In this document: one piece after another, positions 26,912 through 33,934 of the stretch
Layout of the letters: the number at the start of each line of letters is the position of its first letter
Numbering within the stretch: the first letter of the stretch is position 1
Origin: a virus
Taxonomy: Duplodnaviria; Caudoviricetes
Virus record (IMG/VR): IMGVR_UViG_3300029775_000010
Span: 1 to 35,755 of that record
DNA: 35,755 nucleotides
Reading direction: 5' to 3' (one strand)
Notes under the pieces: generated by a model
Told to the model about the DNA's origin: nothing
What the model saw: only the letters and a program-made list of their open reading frames with translations
Databases searched by the model: none
Position numbers and translations under genes: made by a program

Positions 26912-27085
26912 TTATTCGTCTCTATGCGCCTTCAGGCTCGTTGTTACCTTGACGCTGTTGACTTGCCTTCTGGCAATATTGACCTCTATTGTGCCATATC
27001 CTTCCGGGCTGTCTGTGATCGCCCGAACCGCTGTGACGAGTATCCGCAAGGATTCCTCATCGAGCATAAAGTCGCTCAAGTTCAT
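26912..27085 (-). CDS. 57-aa DUF2292/YezD-like micro-protein (below the ORF track cutoff)
   Basis: MNLSDFMLDEESLRILVTAVRAITDSPEGYGTIEVNIARRQVNSVKVTTSLKAHRDE; GGAGG RBS; ATGA overlap with the MTase stop. Confidence 0.65.
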   Translation of the reverse strand: MNLSDFMLDEESLRILVTAVRAITDSPEGYGTIEVNIARRQVNSVKVTTSLKAHRDE

Positions 27086-28740
27086 TCAGCCTCCAATGGC
27101 AGCCTCAGTTGCTTCTGCGCCTCTTGTATGCGCCGTTCTGCAATTTCCAGATATTCGGCATTCAGTTCTATACCGATGAAGTCCCGCCCCTCTAATACCG
27201 CCGCCATTCCAGTCGTGCCGGAGCCCATGAACGGGTCTAACACAACCCCACCCGTTGGCGTTTTAGTCAGACGTGCCAAGTAGCGCATAAGGGCAAGCGG
27301 CTTGACGGTGCTATGAAAATTAGTTGCTTGACTCCATTCGTCTGCGTTTCTTATTTTCAACAGCGTTTGTAATGCAACACTGCTTGCACCACGGGCTGAT
27401 TCCAGACACCCGCTTGTAATAGTCAGTATCCACTTTCTTAAACTCACCACACTTTCGGCAAGGTTTCCACCATTCGCCATCTCGTAATTCGCACCCACTG
27501 TGTATTCGTTTGTGAGTGAGAGCGTCAATGAGTGTAAGATTTTCAATTCGATTATCTTGCTTATCGCCGTTAATGTGGTGGATAAAGAATCCTTCGGGCA
27601 CAGCGCCGTGATGCTTTCGCCAGACTCTCCGATGTTGAAACTCACCGCTGCCAAATCTGACATAACCTTTCTTAGTAATTGAACCGCTACCGTACTCACG
27701 TCTTTCCATGATAGACCTCCGCTATTAGATTTATCATTATTATACTTGACTGTTAGATAACCGTCAAGCCCGCCATTTCTTTCACTTCTTGAACTTTTCG
27801 CACAGTAGAAAAATCGCGCGGCTGAACCGGAGTCGCCGTAGTGAGCACCACTTTTGTGCATATCAGGGTATGTGGCAAAGCCATATATTTTTGCATCGGC
27901 GTTTGATTTATCTGTATTCGCTGGCGTGTACCCGTTATTACTGCCCCCTTGTGGGAACAGCCCCGTCACCTCGTCCGAGCCGTCGTGAATGACATTCGCC
28001 GGAAAGCGACCTTTGCCGATGTCTATGATGCCACACGCACCATTTATTCCATTGCCATAAATGCCATTGCTTTCGCCTTTTGGCGGATTGCCTTTCTGAG
28101 TACCGCCTTCACTCCCCACCCGTCCCCCGTCAATCCACAAGCCAGCCACGCCCCACGTGAGCGCGTTGTTGACATACGTCCCATCAATCGGCTTCATCGC
28201 CACGCAAATCAACTCCATAGCAGGTTTCAACGCCGTGCCCCAGCCGTGCCAGAGTTGCGCGGCGGGTTCTGTTATGTCTGTTTGTGACTGGTGTTTGCCA
28301 GAATAGTCATTCGGTCTATAACCTTGTTCGTGTTGCAGTTTTGAATAACCCAAAGCGCCATTGCTGCTGTCACCCGTTCCATTCCAAGAAGCATTGCCAG
28401 TTTTGAGATACTTGTTGACACCCTTTTCGATGTTATAACTTTTAGGAAATCCGCTCCCATAAAGCCACGCCATCGAATCACGGACTTCCCATCCAGCGTC
28501 CTCAATCGCCACGACTAAGCGGTGGAACGTGCGAGTGCCGCCCATAGCGAGTAGCATCGCGCCTGGCTTGGCAACGCGCAGAGCTTGTTCCCAGAACGCA
28601 ACTCCAGGAACGCCCCTGTCCCAATCTTTTCCCATAAATTCGAGCCCGTAAGGCGGGTCTGTCAGGATAGTGTCGACGCTATTCTCTGGCAGTTCAGCCA
28701 TAACTTCCAAACAATCGCCTAAGTGCAATTCGACTTTCAT
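27082..28740 (-). CDS. beta-class N6-adenine/N4-cytosine DNA methyltransferase with a large dual-coded insertion
   Basis: GDCL, TDPPY (motif IV), GWGTALKP, GRFPAN, RFFYCAK, HSTVKP, LDPFMGSGTTG (motif I). Confidence 0.92.
   Translation of the reverse strand: MKVELHLGDCLEVMAELPENSVDTILTDPPYGLEFMGKDWDRGVPGVAFWEQALRVAKPGAMLLAMGGTRTFHRLVVAIEDAGWEVRDSMAWLYGSGFPKSYNIEKGVNKYLKTGNASWNGTGDSSNGALGYSKLQHEQGYRPNDYSGKHQSQTDITEPAAQLWHGWGTALKPAMELICVAMKPIDGTYVNNALTWGVAGLWIDGGRVGSEGGTQKGNPPKGESNGIYGNGINGACGIIDIGKGRFPANVIHDGSDEVTGLFPQGGSNNGYTPANTDKSNADAKIYGFATYPDMHKSGAHYGDSGSAARFFYCAKSSRSERNGGLDGYLTVKYNNDKSNSGGLSWKDVSTVAVQLLRKVMSDLAAVSFNIGESGESITALCPKDSLSTTLTAISKIIELKILHSLTLSLTNEYTVGANYEMANGGNLAESVVSLRKWILTITSGCLESARGASSVALQTLLKIRNADEWSQATNFHSTVKPLALMRYLARLTKTPTGGVVLDPFMGSGTTGMAAVLEGRDFIGIELNAEYLEIAERRIQEAQKQLRLPLEAE
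27320..27709 (-). mobile_element. HNH endonuclease (HNH_3-like + C-terminal CxxC/CxxC) nested out of frame within the MTase ORF
   Basis: GYVR...HRRVW..HHGAVP.G..IHHINGDKQDNRIENL......H...H; CRKC...CKQC; GGAGG at 27716-27720. Confidence 0.9.
27739..27767 (-). promoter_or_regulatory. sigma70-type promoter for the nested HNH gene
   Basis: TTGACG (27767-27762)-17 nt-TATAAT (27744-27739), about 30 nt upstream of the HNH ATG; overlapped by inverted repeat CTTGACtGTT/AACcGTCAAG (27745-27768). Confidence 0.75.
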
Positions 28741-29057
28741 TTATCCTCCAACGCCTTCCTGATAGTCTCAACCGCTTCACCCGACTTGACCGCCTTGCCG
28801 TCAAACGTCAACACGCGCCAACCCTGCAACACAGCTAAGTTCGCCTTTTCGTAGTCTCGCGCGATGCCCCGCCCGGTAGAGTGAGCGCCCTTCGTGTACG
28901 TTCCGCCATTCACTTCAACCAGCAACCTGTGCTCAAGCCAAGCGAAGTCGAACCGGAACTTGCGCCCCTTGATCGCCGGATATTCACGAATCGGCTCTGG
29001 CAAGCCCAACGCCTTGATCTGCAATGCCAGTTCTGCTTCAAGTGCGGATTTGCTCAC
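28737..29057 (-). CDS. PD-(D/E)XK endonuclease (DUF559/Vsr-like)
   Basis: SALE...REY...RKFRFDFAW...VEVNGG...H...D.EK.N.A...GWRVL. Confidence 0.85.
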   Translation of the reverse strand: MSKSALEAELALQIKALGLPEPIREYPAIKGRKFRFDFAWLEHRLLVEVNGGTYTKGAHSTGRGIARDYEKANLAVLQGWRVLTFDGKAVKSGEAVETIRKALEDK

Positions 29058-29132
29058 TCATCACCTCGCAAACTTGCAAGGCACCGCACGAGCTAAACCA
29101 ACCCTGCAAGCGCAACAACTATGAGCACAACG

Positions 29133-29906
29133 TCAAGAAGGGTCATTCGTCACCTCCGGTGTCCACTCGAACACAACATCCGCATTCTCGCCACTGTGCA
29201 ATCGCCATGTCGTGCCGTCAAAAGATGGTACTAATCCTGACTCCCATAGCTTGACTGCGGGCGAAAAGTCGACTTTATATCCGATGTCGAAAAAGGTCGA
29301 AAAATACGCCCATGCCGAAGCCCTGACCGAAGTCCAGACCGAAGTCCAGACCAAATCCAAGACCGGAGCCCTAACCGAATCCCCGACCGAAGCCCCGACC
29401 GAAGCCCTGACCGAAGTCCAGACCGAATCCCCGACCGAAGCCCCGACCAAATTCCAGACCGAAGTCCAGACCAAATCCAAGACCGAAGTCCAGACCAAAT
29501 CCCCGACCGAAGCCCCGACCGAATCCCAGACCGAAGTCCACTCTTTCAGCCAACCGATCTGTTCGCTCGTTGGCTTTTCAACCTTCGGCAGTTTAAGCAG
29601 ATTGATAATCGGCTTGACAATCAGCGGCTCAACCACTGTCTTGAAGTCCAGTCGGTTTGCCCATTTCTGAGCCGCTTCGCTATCATCTCGCTTGCTATTG
29701 ATTTGGTCAGTTACGAACCTCTTCGTTAGCGGATTGAATTCGTACTTATTGCACACATCCTCACGCAAGTTAAACTCTTTGCAGATATGCGAGTGACTGT
29801 CTGCATCATCCGCTTCGAGGTTTGCCTTGCGATATTCCCAGTCAAGAAAGTAATACTCCGCTGGGTGGTTGACTGGGTCTGTTACAAAACTAAAAAAATT
29901 ACACAT
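29133..29906 (-). CDS. hypothetical protein with SVWx tetrapeptide repeats
   Basis: MCNFFS...DSHS start with GGAGG RBS (ATG 29906); repeat tract; LWESGLVPSFDG..WRL C-terminus. Confidence 0.75.
   Translation of the reverse strand: MCNFFSFVTDPVNHPAEYYFLDWEYRKANLEADDADSHSHICKEFNLREDVCNKYEFNPLTKRFVTDQINSKRDDSEAAQKWANRLDFKTVVEPLIVKPIINLLKLPKVEKPTSEQIGWLKEWTSVWDSVGASVGDLVWTSVLDLVWTSVWNLVGASVGDSVWTSVRASVGASVGDSVRAPVLDLVWTSVWTSVRASAWAYFSTFFDIGYKVDFSPAVKLWESGLVPSFDGTTWRLHSGENADVVFEWTPEVTNDPS
29313..29540. repeat. 12-bp tandem repeat, about 19 units (consensus GACCGAAGYCCN)
   Basis: Directly visible; encodes the SVWT/SVGA/SVGD/LVWT repeats. Confidence 0.95.
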
Positions 29907-30516
29907 CCTGCACCTCCGAATCCTCTTTCCCGTACACAATTGTTTGCGTTTGTGTATCGTTAGACGACTTATCATCCTGCCGCTCGATGTCACTATGAGC
30001 GGTAAGTTGGTCAATTTTCCCCTCCAACTCTGCAATGCGCTTACGAAGTGCGACATCAATTGGAGTGGCAACATCGTTACATTCTTTGACAATCTCCCCT
30101 AACAAGCCTAAATCTACTGCCCTGTGGCTCGTCCTTGCGAGCCCCAATATTGCGGTTCGTGCCGCCTGATAGTCAGCATCATCGCAAACCAACGCACAAA
30201 AGTGAGCCGCTATTTGTGCCGCAATGAGCCGGTCAACTATCATGCCTTTGCTGCCGCACCAAAGGGGGAGACTGGAATAATCAAGGTCAGCACTTCGCAG
30301 GTCAGCACCTTCCAGGTCGGCATATTGCAGGTCGGCATATTGTAGGTTAGCACCTCGCATGTCAGCACATTTCAGGTCAGCACTTCGCAGGTCAGCACCT
30401 TCCAGGTCGGCATATTGCAGGTCGGCATATTGTAGGTTAGCCCGTTTGCCCGAATTATTGTCTTCAAGCCACAACCTATGCTGTTCCAACATTGTTTTCA
30501 ACTCGTCTTTGTTCAT
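29899..30516 (-). CDS. pentapeptide repeat protein
   Basis: A(D/N)Lxx repeats after MLEQHRLWL...GKR; 68-nt exact duplication at 30284-30351 and 30374-30441. Confidence 0.85.
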   Translation of the reverse strand: MNKDELKTMLEQHRLWLEDNNSGKRANLQYADLQYADLEGADLRSADLKCADMRGANLQYADLQYADLEGADLRSADLDYSSLPLWCGSKGMIVDRLIAAQIAAHFCALVCDDADYQAARTAILGLARTSHRAVDLGLLGEIVKECNDVATPIDVALRKRIAELEGKIDQLTAHSDIERQDDKSSNDTQTQTIVYGKEDSEVQDV

Positions 30517-30525
30517 CTCATCCCC

Positions 30526-30897
30526 CTAAAACGGATATTCTTCATCAACCGCCGCGCCATTTTCTTCGCCCTTCGGTGTCAAAAATCGCACGGTTTCCGC
30601 CGTTACCTCGTAACTTGCGCCCCACGTGCCATCCTTGCGCTGGAACACTTTTGGACTGCCACTTTCGTCTGGTCTCAAGCGACCCTCGACCAGCACCTTC
30701 GAGCCTTTGTGCAGGTATTGATTGCACGACTCCGCTTGCTTGCTCCAGACTGTCACGCGAAACCAGGTGGTCTCGTCTTTCTCGCCAAACTTGCGCGAAG
30801 TTGCTACGCTGAATGTCGTGACGGGATCGCCGCCTGGCGTGAACCTGAGTTCTGGGTCTCTGCCTAAATTGCCGATAATAATTATTTTTTGGTACAT
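30526..30897 (-). CDS. ssb: single-stranded DNA-binding protein
   Basis: IIGNLGRDPELRFTP.G..V..FSVAT...WFRVTVW...A......KG..VLVEGRL; acidic tail EEYPF. Confidence 0.95.
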   Translation of the reverse strand: MYQKIIIIGNLGRDPELRFTPGGDPVTTFSVATSRKFGEKDETTWFRVTVWSKQAESCNQYLHKGSKVLVEGRLRPDESGSPKVFQRKDGTWGASYEVTAETVRFLTPKGEENGAAVDEEYPF

Positions 30898-30915
30898 GTT
30901 TGCTCCTGTGTTTGA

Positions 30916-31290
30916 TTATTGAATTGGCTGCCAGTCAGCAATATCAGACGGGGTAAAAGTCCACGCATCGCCGAATATTGACTTTGAGTATTGAGCGGTA
31001 AAAAGCCACTCATTTAGTTCGATTTTCGTATTTATGATCGCCACGTTCTCAATTGGGTCAACTGGAACGTGATTCTCAATGTAAGCCTTTTGACGTTCAT
31101 ATAGCGCGACGTCTGCTTTTGTTTCTATTGCCATTATTGGCAATAGAAACAGCATTAAGAACACAAGTATAAAGGCAGCTATACAAACCGGAATGCACCA
31201 GTCGTCGTGATTATTTCTCTCGTAAATCGCCGCCGCTGTTCCAATCAGCACTAATACTGCCAAAACAATATACCATCCGTAACCTGTCAT
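30916..31290 (-). CDS. hypothetical membrane protein
   Basis: Two TM segments; AGGAG RBS favours ATG 31290. Confidence 0.65.
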   Translation of the reverse strand: MTGYGWYIVLAVLVLIGTAAAIYERNNHDDWCIPVCIAAFILVFLMLFLLPIMAIETKADVALYERQKAYIENHVPVDPIENVAIINTKIELNEWLFTAQYSKSIFGDAWTFTPSDIADWQPIQ

Positions 31291-31291
31291 T

Positions 31292-31474
31292 TCATTGCTC
31301 CTGTGTTTCTGATTGTTTTGATTTGTAATCCGGGCAACTCTCGCCATTGAACCATGCTGTCGGCGCGTGCCCTTGCTGACATTCGAATATGATCTCTTTT
31401 GGTTCCGACCCTCGTGGTACTGTGAACGAGGTTTTAAAATACTTGCAATCTGCGCAAATGTGAGAGGCGGTCAT
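31292..31474 (-). CDS. small Cys-rich hypothetical protein
   Basis: CADCKYF...C...CPDY; ATGA coupling. Confidence 0.55.
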   Translation of the reverse strand: MTASHICADCKYFKTSFTVPRGSEPKEIIFECQQGHAPTAWFNGESCPDYKSKQSETQEQ

Positions 31475-31896
31475 TGCTTCACCTGCTGGTATGCCTTGCG
31501 CCATTTGTCAGGACTATCAGGTATTTGTTTGCCTTCCTTGTATGGCTCATAACCCTTCACGCCTGAATAAATGGTGTCAACGTCAGCCTGGCTGAACTCA
31601 TCGCTTGTGACATAGCCTTTCACAAACGCAAGCCACCAAGCCCGCTCATCGAACTTGTCAGCATCCATCCACCGAGTGGTAAGGTTGTTGCGCTGGATGA
31701 TCTCAATCAGCTCAACTGGTTTCGGCAAAAATTGCGACCCACGAGTCAATGCGATTGTCGCTGCCTCTGCCAACACCATTCTCGGATGATGACCGAGTAC
31801 TTGGTGATAAGCGCGTGCCCTTTCCACGTCTACCTGCTGTCCGTAAGCAGACGAGAGTCGTTTCATAACGAGCGTTGTTTCTGCGAGCGTGCTCAT
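31471..31896 (-). CDS. putative helicase loader/inhibitor (G39P-like)
   Basis: L..AY...Y..VL.....A........FLPKPVEL pattern; follows the replication initiator. Confidence 0.55.
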   Translation of the reverse strand: MSTLAETTLVMKRLSSAYGQQVDVERARAYHQVLGHHPRMVLAEAATIALTRGSQFLPKPVELIEIIQRNNLTTRWMDADKFDERAWWLAFVKGYVTSDEFSQADVDTIYSGVKGYEPYKEGKQIPDSPDKWRKAYQQVKQ

Positions 31897-32684
31897 TTGT
31901 CCTCCGCGAATATAGGCGCACCGTCAAGAATTTCATCCAGTCCGGCGCTAAGTTGTTTCGTAGGCTTGTAACCGTTGTTGCGCTTTTCAATGTCGCCAAG
32001 TGTCCACTTCAATGCAGATGCCATCGTGGCAACCGTGTAGCGCTTTGCTCGCATACCTTCAAGCGCCTTGCGGTAATCGGCGGTCGTACCTCCAGCCTTG
32101 ATGATTTCCTGAATAGCGTCAACTTCTTCCGGCGTGAATTGCGGATCATTGCCGGTTATGTCGTTATAGACATTCCCAAATTGAACAATTTCGTTGGGGG
32201 GTAAGGGGGGTAGAGTAGTATCTTTTAGATTAGATATAGAGTTATAGTTATATTGCTTGGTTTTTGCTTGAGCAGGTGCTTGAGCACGTGCTTGAGCAGG
32301 TGCTTGAGCAGGTGCTGTATCATCTGCTTCAGCACGTGCTTGAGCGCTTGCTCGTCCGCCTTTCTTACCGGCATATGTTTTTTTGCTTCGTAGTTCTTCA
32401 ATCTCTTGCTTGCTTTTGTTATAGTCCAGATAATCGTGAATCATATAACCTCCAGGAACGCGATCCCACAATCCCGCTTTTACTAATGATTCGACCGCTT
32501 TTTTTGGTTGTCGCTGGAAGGCGTTGAAAGCAACTGTTTCGATGTCGGTGTCTGATATAAAGCCATCTGTCAGATACTCGTTACAAAAACCATTGCCAGC
32601 GATATAAAGAAATGCCGCGTCTCTTCCTGCAGACCTGATTTTCGGGTTAGTCCAAAAACTATAATCAGTGTTGGTGTACGCCAT
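31893..32684 (-). CDS. phage replication initiator protein
   Basis: NPKI..AG..A..LY......C...LTDGFI...LV.AGLW......Y.IHDYLDYN N-terminal domain; internal iterons. Confidence 0.75.
   Translation of the reverse strand: MAYTNTDYSFWTNPKIRSAGRDAAFLYIAGNGFCNEYLTDGFISDTDIETVAFNAFQRQPKKAVESLVKAGLWDRVPGGYMIHDYLDYNKSKQEIEELRSKKTYAGKKGGRASAQARAEADDTAPAQAPAQARAQAPAQAKTKQYNYNSISNLKDTTLPPLPPNEIVQFGNVYNDITGNDPQFTPEEVDAIQEIIKAGGTTADYRKALEGMRAKRYTVATMASALKWTLGDIEKRNNGYKPTKQLSAGLDEILDGAPIFAEDK
32220..32348. repeat. putative replication origin: 12-bp iterons plus AT-rich tract
   Basis: TGCTTGAGCA(G/C)G x4 (32265-32312) plus 3 degenerate in-phase copies to 32348; AT-rich 32220-32254; inside the initiator gene. 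Confidence 0.75.
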
Positions 32685-32692
32685 TTCGTCTC

Positions 32693-33076
32693 CTAAAACA
32701 ATCCCATTTGCGGCGCTCTGTTCTCAAGCTCCAACTTCGCCGGCAAGTGAGCCTGTTCGATGATGCGCCTGCGCGCCCGAAGCTCTTCCTCGCGGCTCAA
32801 TAACTCGTTCGCCACGTGCCAGCGTTCCTGCTCGTTTGCGATGATCCAGCGCCCCGCTTTTCCGGCGTGCGCTCCAATAGGCCACTTGTACGCTTTCACC
32901 AGCGTTTCGAGGATGTCGCGTACCTGGCGTTCACCGAGTCCGCACCGCTTCACCAGCGCTTCAAGCCTGACAGCGTTCTCTTCGCCGACATGCTCGCTCA
33001 TACAAGCGGCAACCAGCCTGATGTCGGCTTCCTTGATTTCAGCAGATTTCAATCGGTAATAATCAGTGGGGTTCAT
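32693..33076 (-). CDS. winged-HTH hypothetical protein
   Basis: H.G.ENAV....L...CGLGERQVRDILE.L......PI......G.W. Confidence 0.65.
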   Translation of the reverse strand: MNPTDYYRLKSAEIKEADIRLVAACMSEHVGEENAVRLEALVKRCGLGERQVRDILETLVKAYKWPIGAHAGKAGRWIIANEQERWHVANELLSREEELRARRRIIEQAHLPAKLELENRAPQMGLF

Positions 33077-33498
33077 TTTGCTCCTTTCTCAGAATATCTA
33101 CGTTCAGCAGTCATTACAGCCTTCTCACTCACGCCTAACTTTTGCGCAATCCAGAACCGGCTTCTCTTTTCATGCCGCCACTCTGCAACAATCGGCAACT
33201 TGTCATCTGTCACGGCATAAGGCACAAACGCCGGTTTCGGTTTTGGCTTAGCAACTTCGCCGAATGGAATCGAGTAGTACTTCTCAATCCGCTTCCAGTT
33301 AGGCTCAAGCGATGATGTAACCAGCATCCCGGCAAACGTGTGGAAGTAAGGGTCGCGTTCCTGACCTTGCTCCCAGTTATTACATTCTTCGAACTGGAAT
33401 CGGTACGCCTCGACCAGTGGTACGTCAACCGATTCACAAATACCGATGTCGGGGTTTTCGAATAGCCGGTTCCAGTGCTTACAGGTCAGGCAGTTCAT
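33073..33498 (-). CDS. hypothetical protein (N-terminal Cys cluster, C-terminal HTH)
   Basis: CLTCKHW; SRFWIAQKLGVSEKAV; ATG 33498 coupled to the upstream stop. Confidence 0.65.
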   Translation of the reverse strand: MNCLTCKHWNRLFENPDIGICESVDVPLVEAYRFQFEECNNWEQGQERDPYFHTFAGMLVTSSLEPNWKRIEKYYSIPFGEVAKPKPKPAFVPYAVTDDKLPIVAEWRHEKRSRFWIAQKLGVSEKAVMTAERRYSEKGAK

Positions 33499-33866
33499 GC
33501 TTTCCTCACACGCACACTTGGGTTGCCTTCCGTCCTGAATCGCGCGATTTCTGGGTGTGCCAGTGCGTAACCGTCCAGCGATTTGGTGTCCCAACTTACG
33601 CGCGGCTTGGACCAAACAAAGCTGTGATATGTGCCTTTGACCGTCCTGCCTGCTTGCAAAACTTCCGCCTTAATATCAGCTTCAAGCATTGATTTTTCTT
33701 GCAAAATTTGTTCAATTTTTGGGTCAAATTCTGCATCAATTTCTGCAAGTTTTTCTTTGATTTCTTGCGTCAAAACTTGATCAATTAGTGATTGTTTTTC
33801 TTGATTAATCAGGTCAATTCCTACACCTAAATCTGAATATTTTTCGATTTTTCCGTAAATGTCCAT
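33495..33866 (-). CDS. Gp157/Gam-like protein
   Basis: Helical N-terminus, then KPRVSWDTKSLDGY...HPEI..FR..G.PSV; next to ERF. Confidence 0.55.
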   Translation of the reverse strand: MDIYGKIEKYSDLGVGIDLINQEKQSLIDQVLTQEIKEKLAEIDAEFDPKIEQILQEKSMLEADIKAEVLQAGRTVKGTYHSFVWSKPRVSWDTKSLDGYALAHPEIARFRTEGNPSVRVRKA

Positions 33867-33934
33867 CTCAATCTTTCTGCCGGTGTACAACGCCCGCCGG
33901 CAGGCTCGCGGGAAAAGGAGGAGGAAACCCGCGC

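Noticed and set aside
27320-27770. Intein or group I/II intron explanation for the MTase insert
   Set aside because: No Cys/Ser start with a His-Asn end followed by Cys/Ser/Thr in the MTase frame, and the nuclease is out of frame. The non-HNH flanks (about 60 nt and 0 nt) are too short for a ribozyme core. Unusual splicing cannot be excluded without RNA data.
29093-29095. Genome-wide TAG recoding
   Set aside because: Capsid, endolysin, tail tube 2 and ERF end normally at TAG, and long genes are not interrupted.
29212-29670. Alternate-frame ORFs (TEVQ repeat on +, GFGRGFG repeat on -)
   Set aside because: By-products of the stop-free 12-bp repeat; no RBS or domain evidence.
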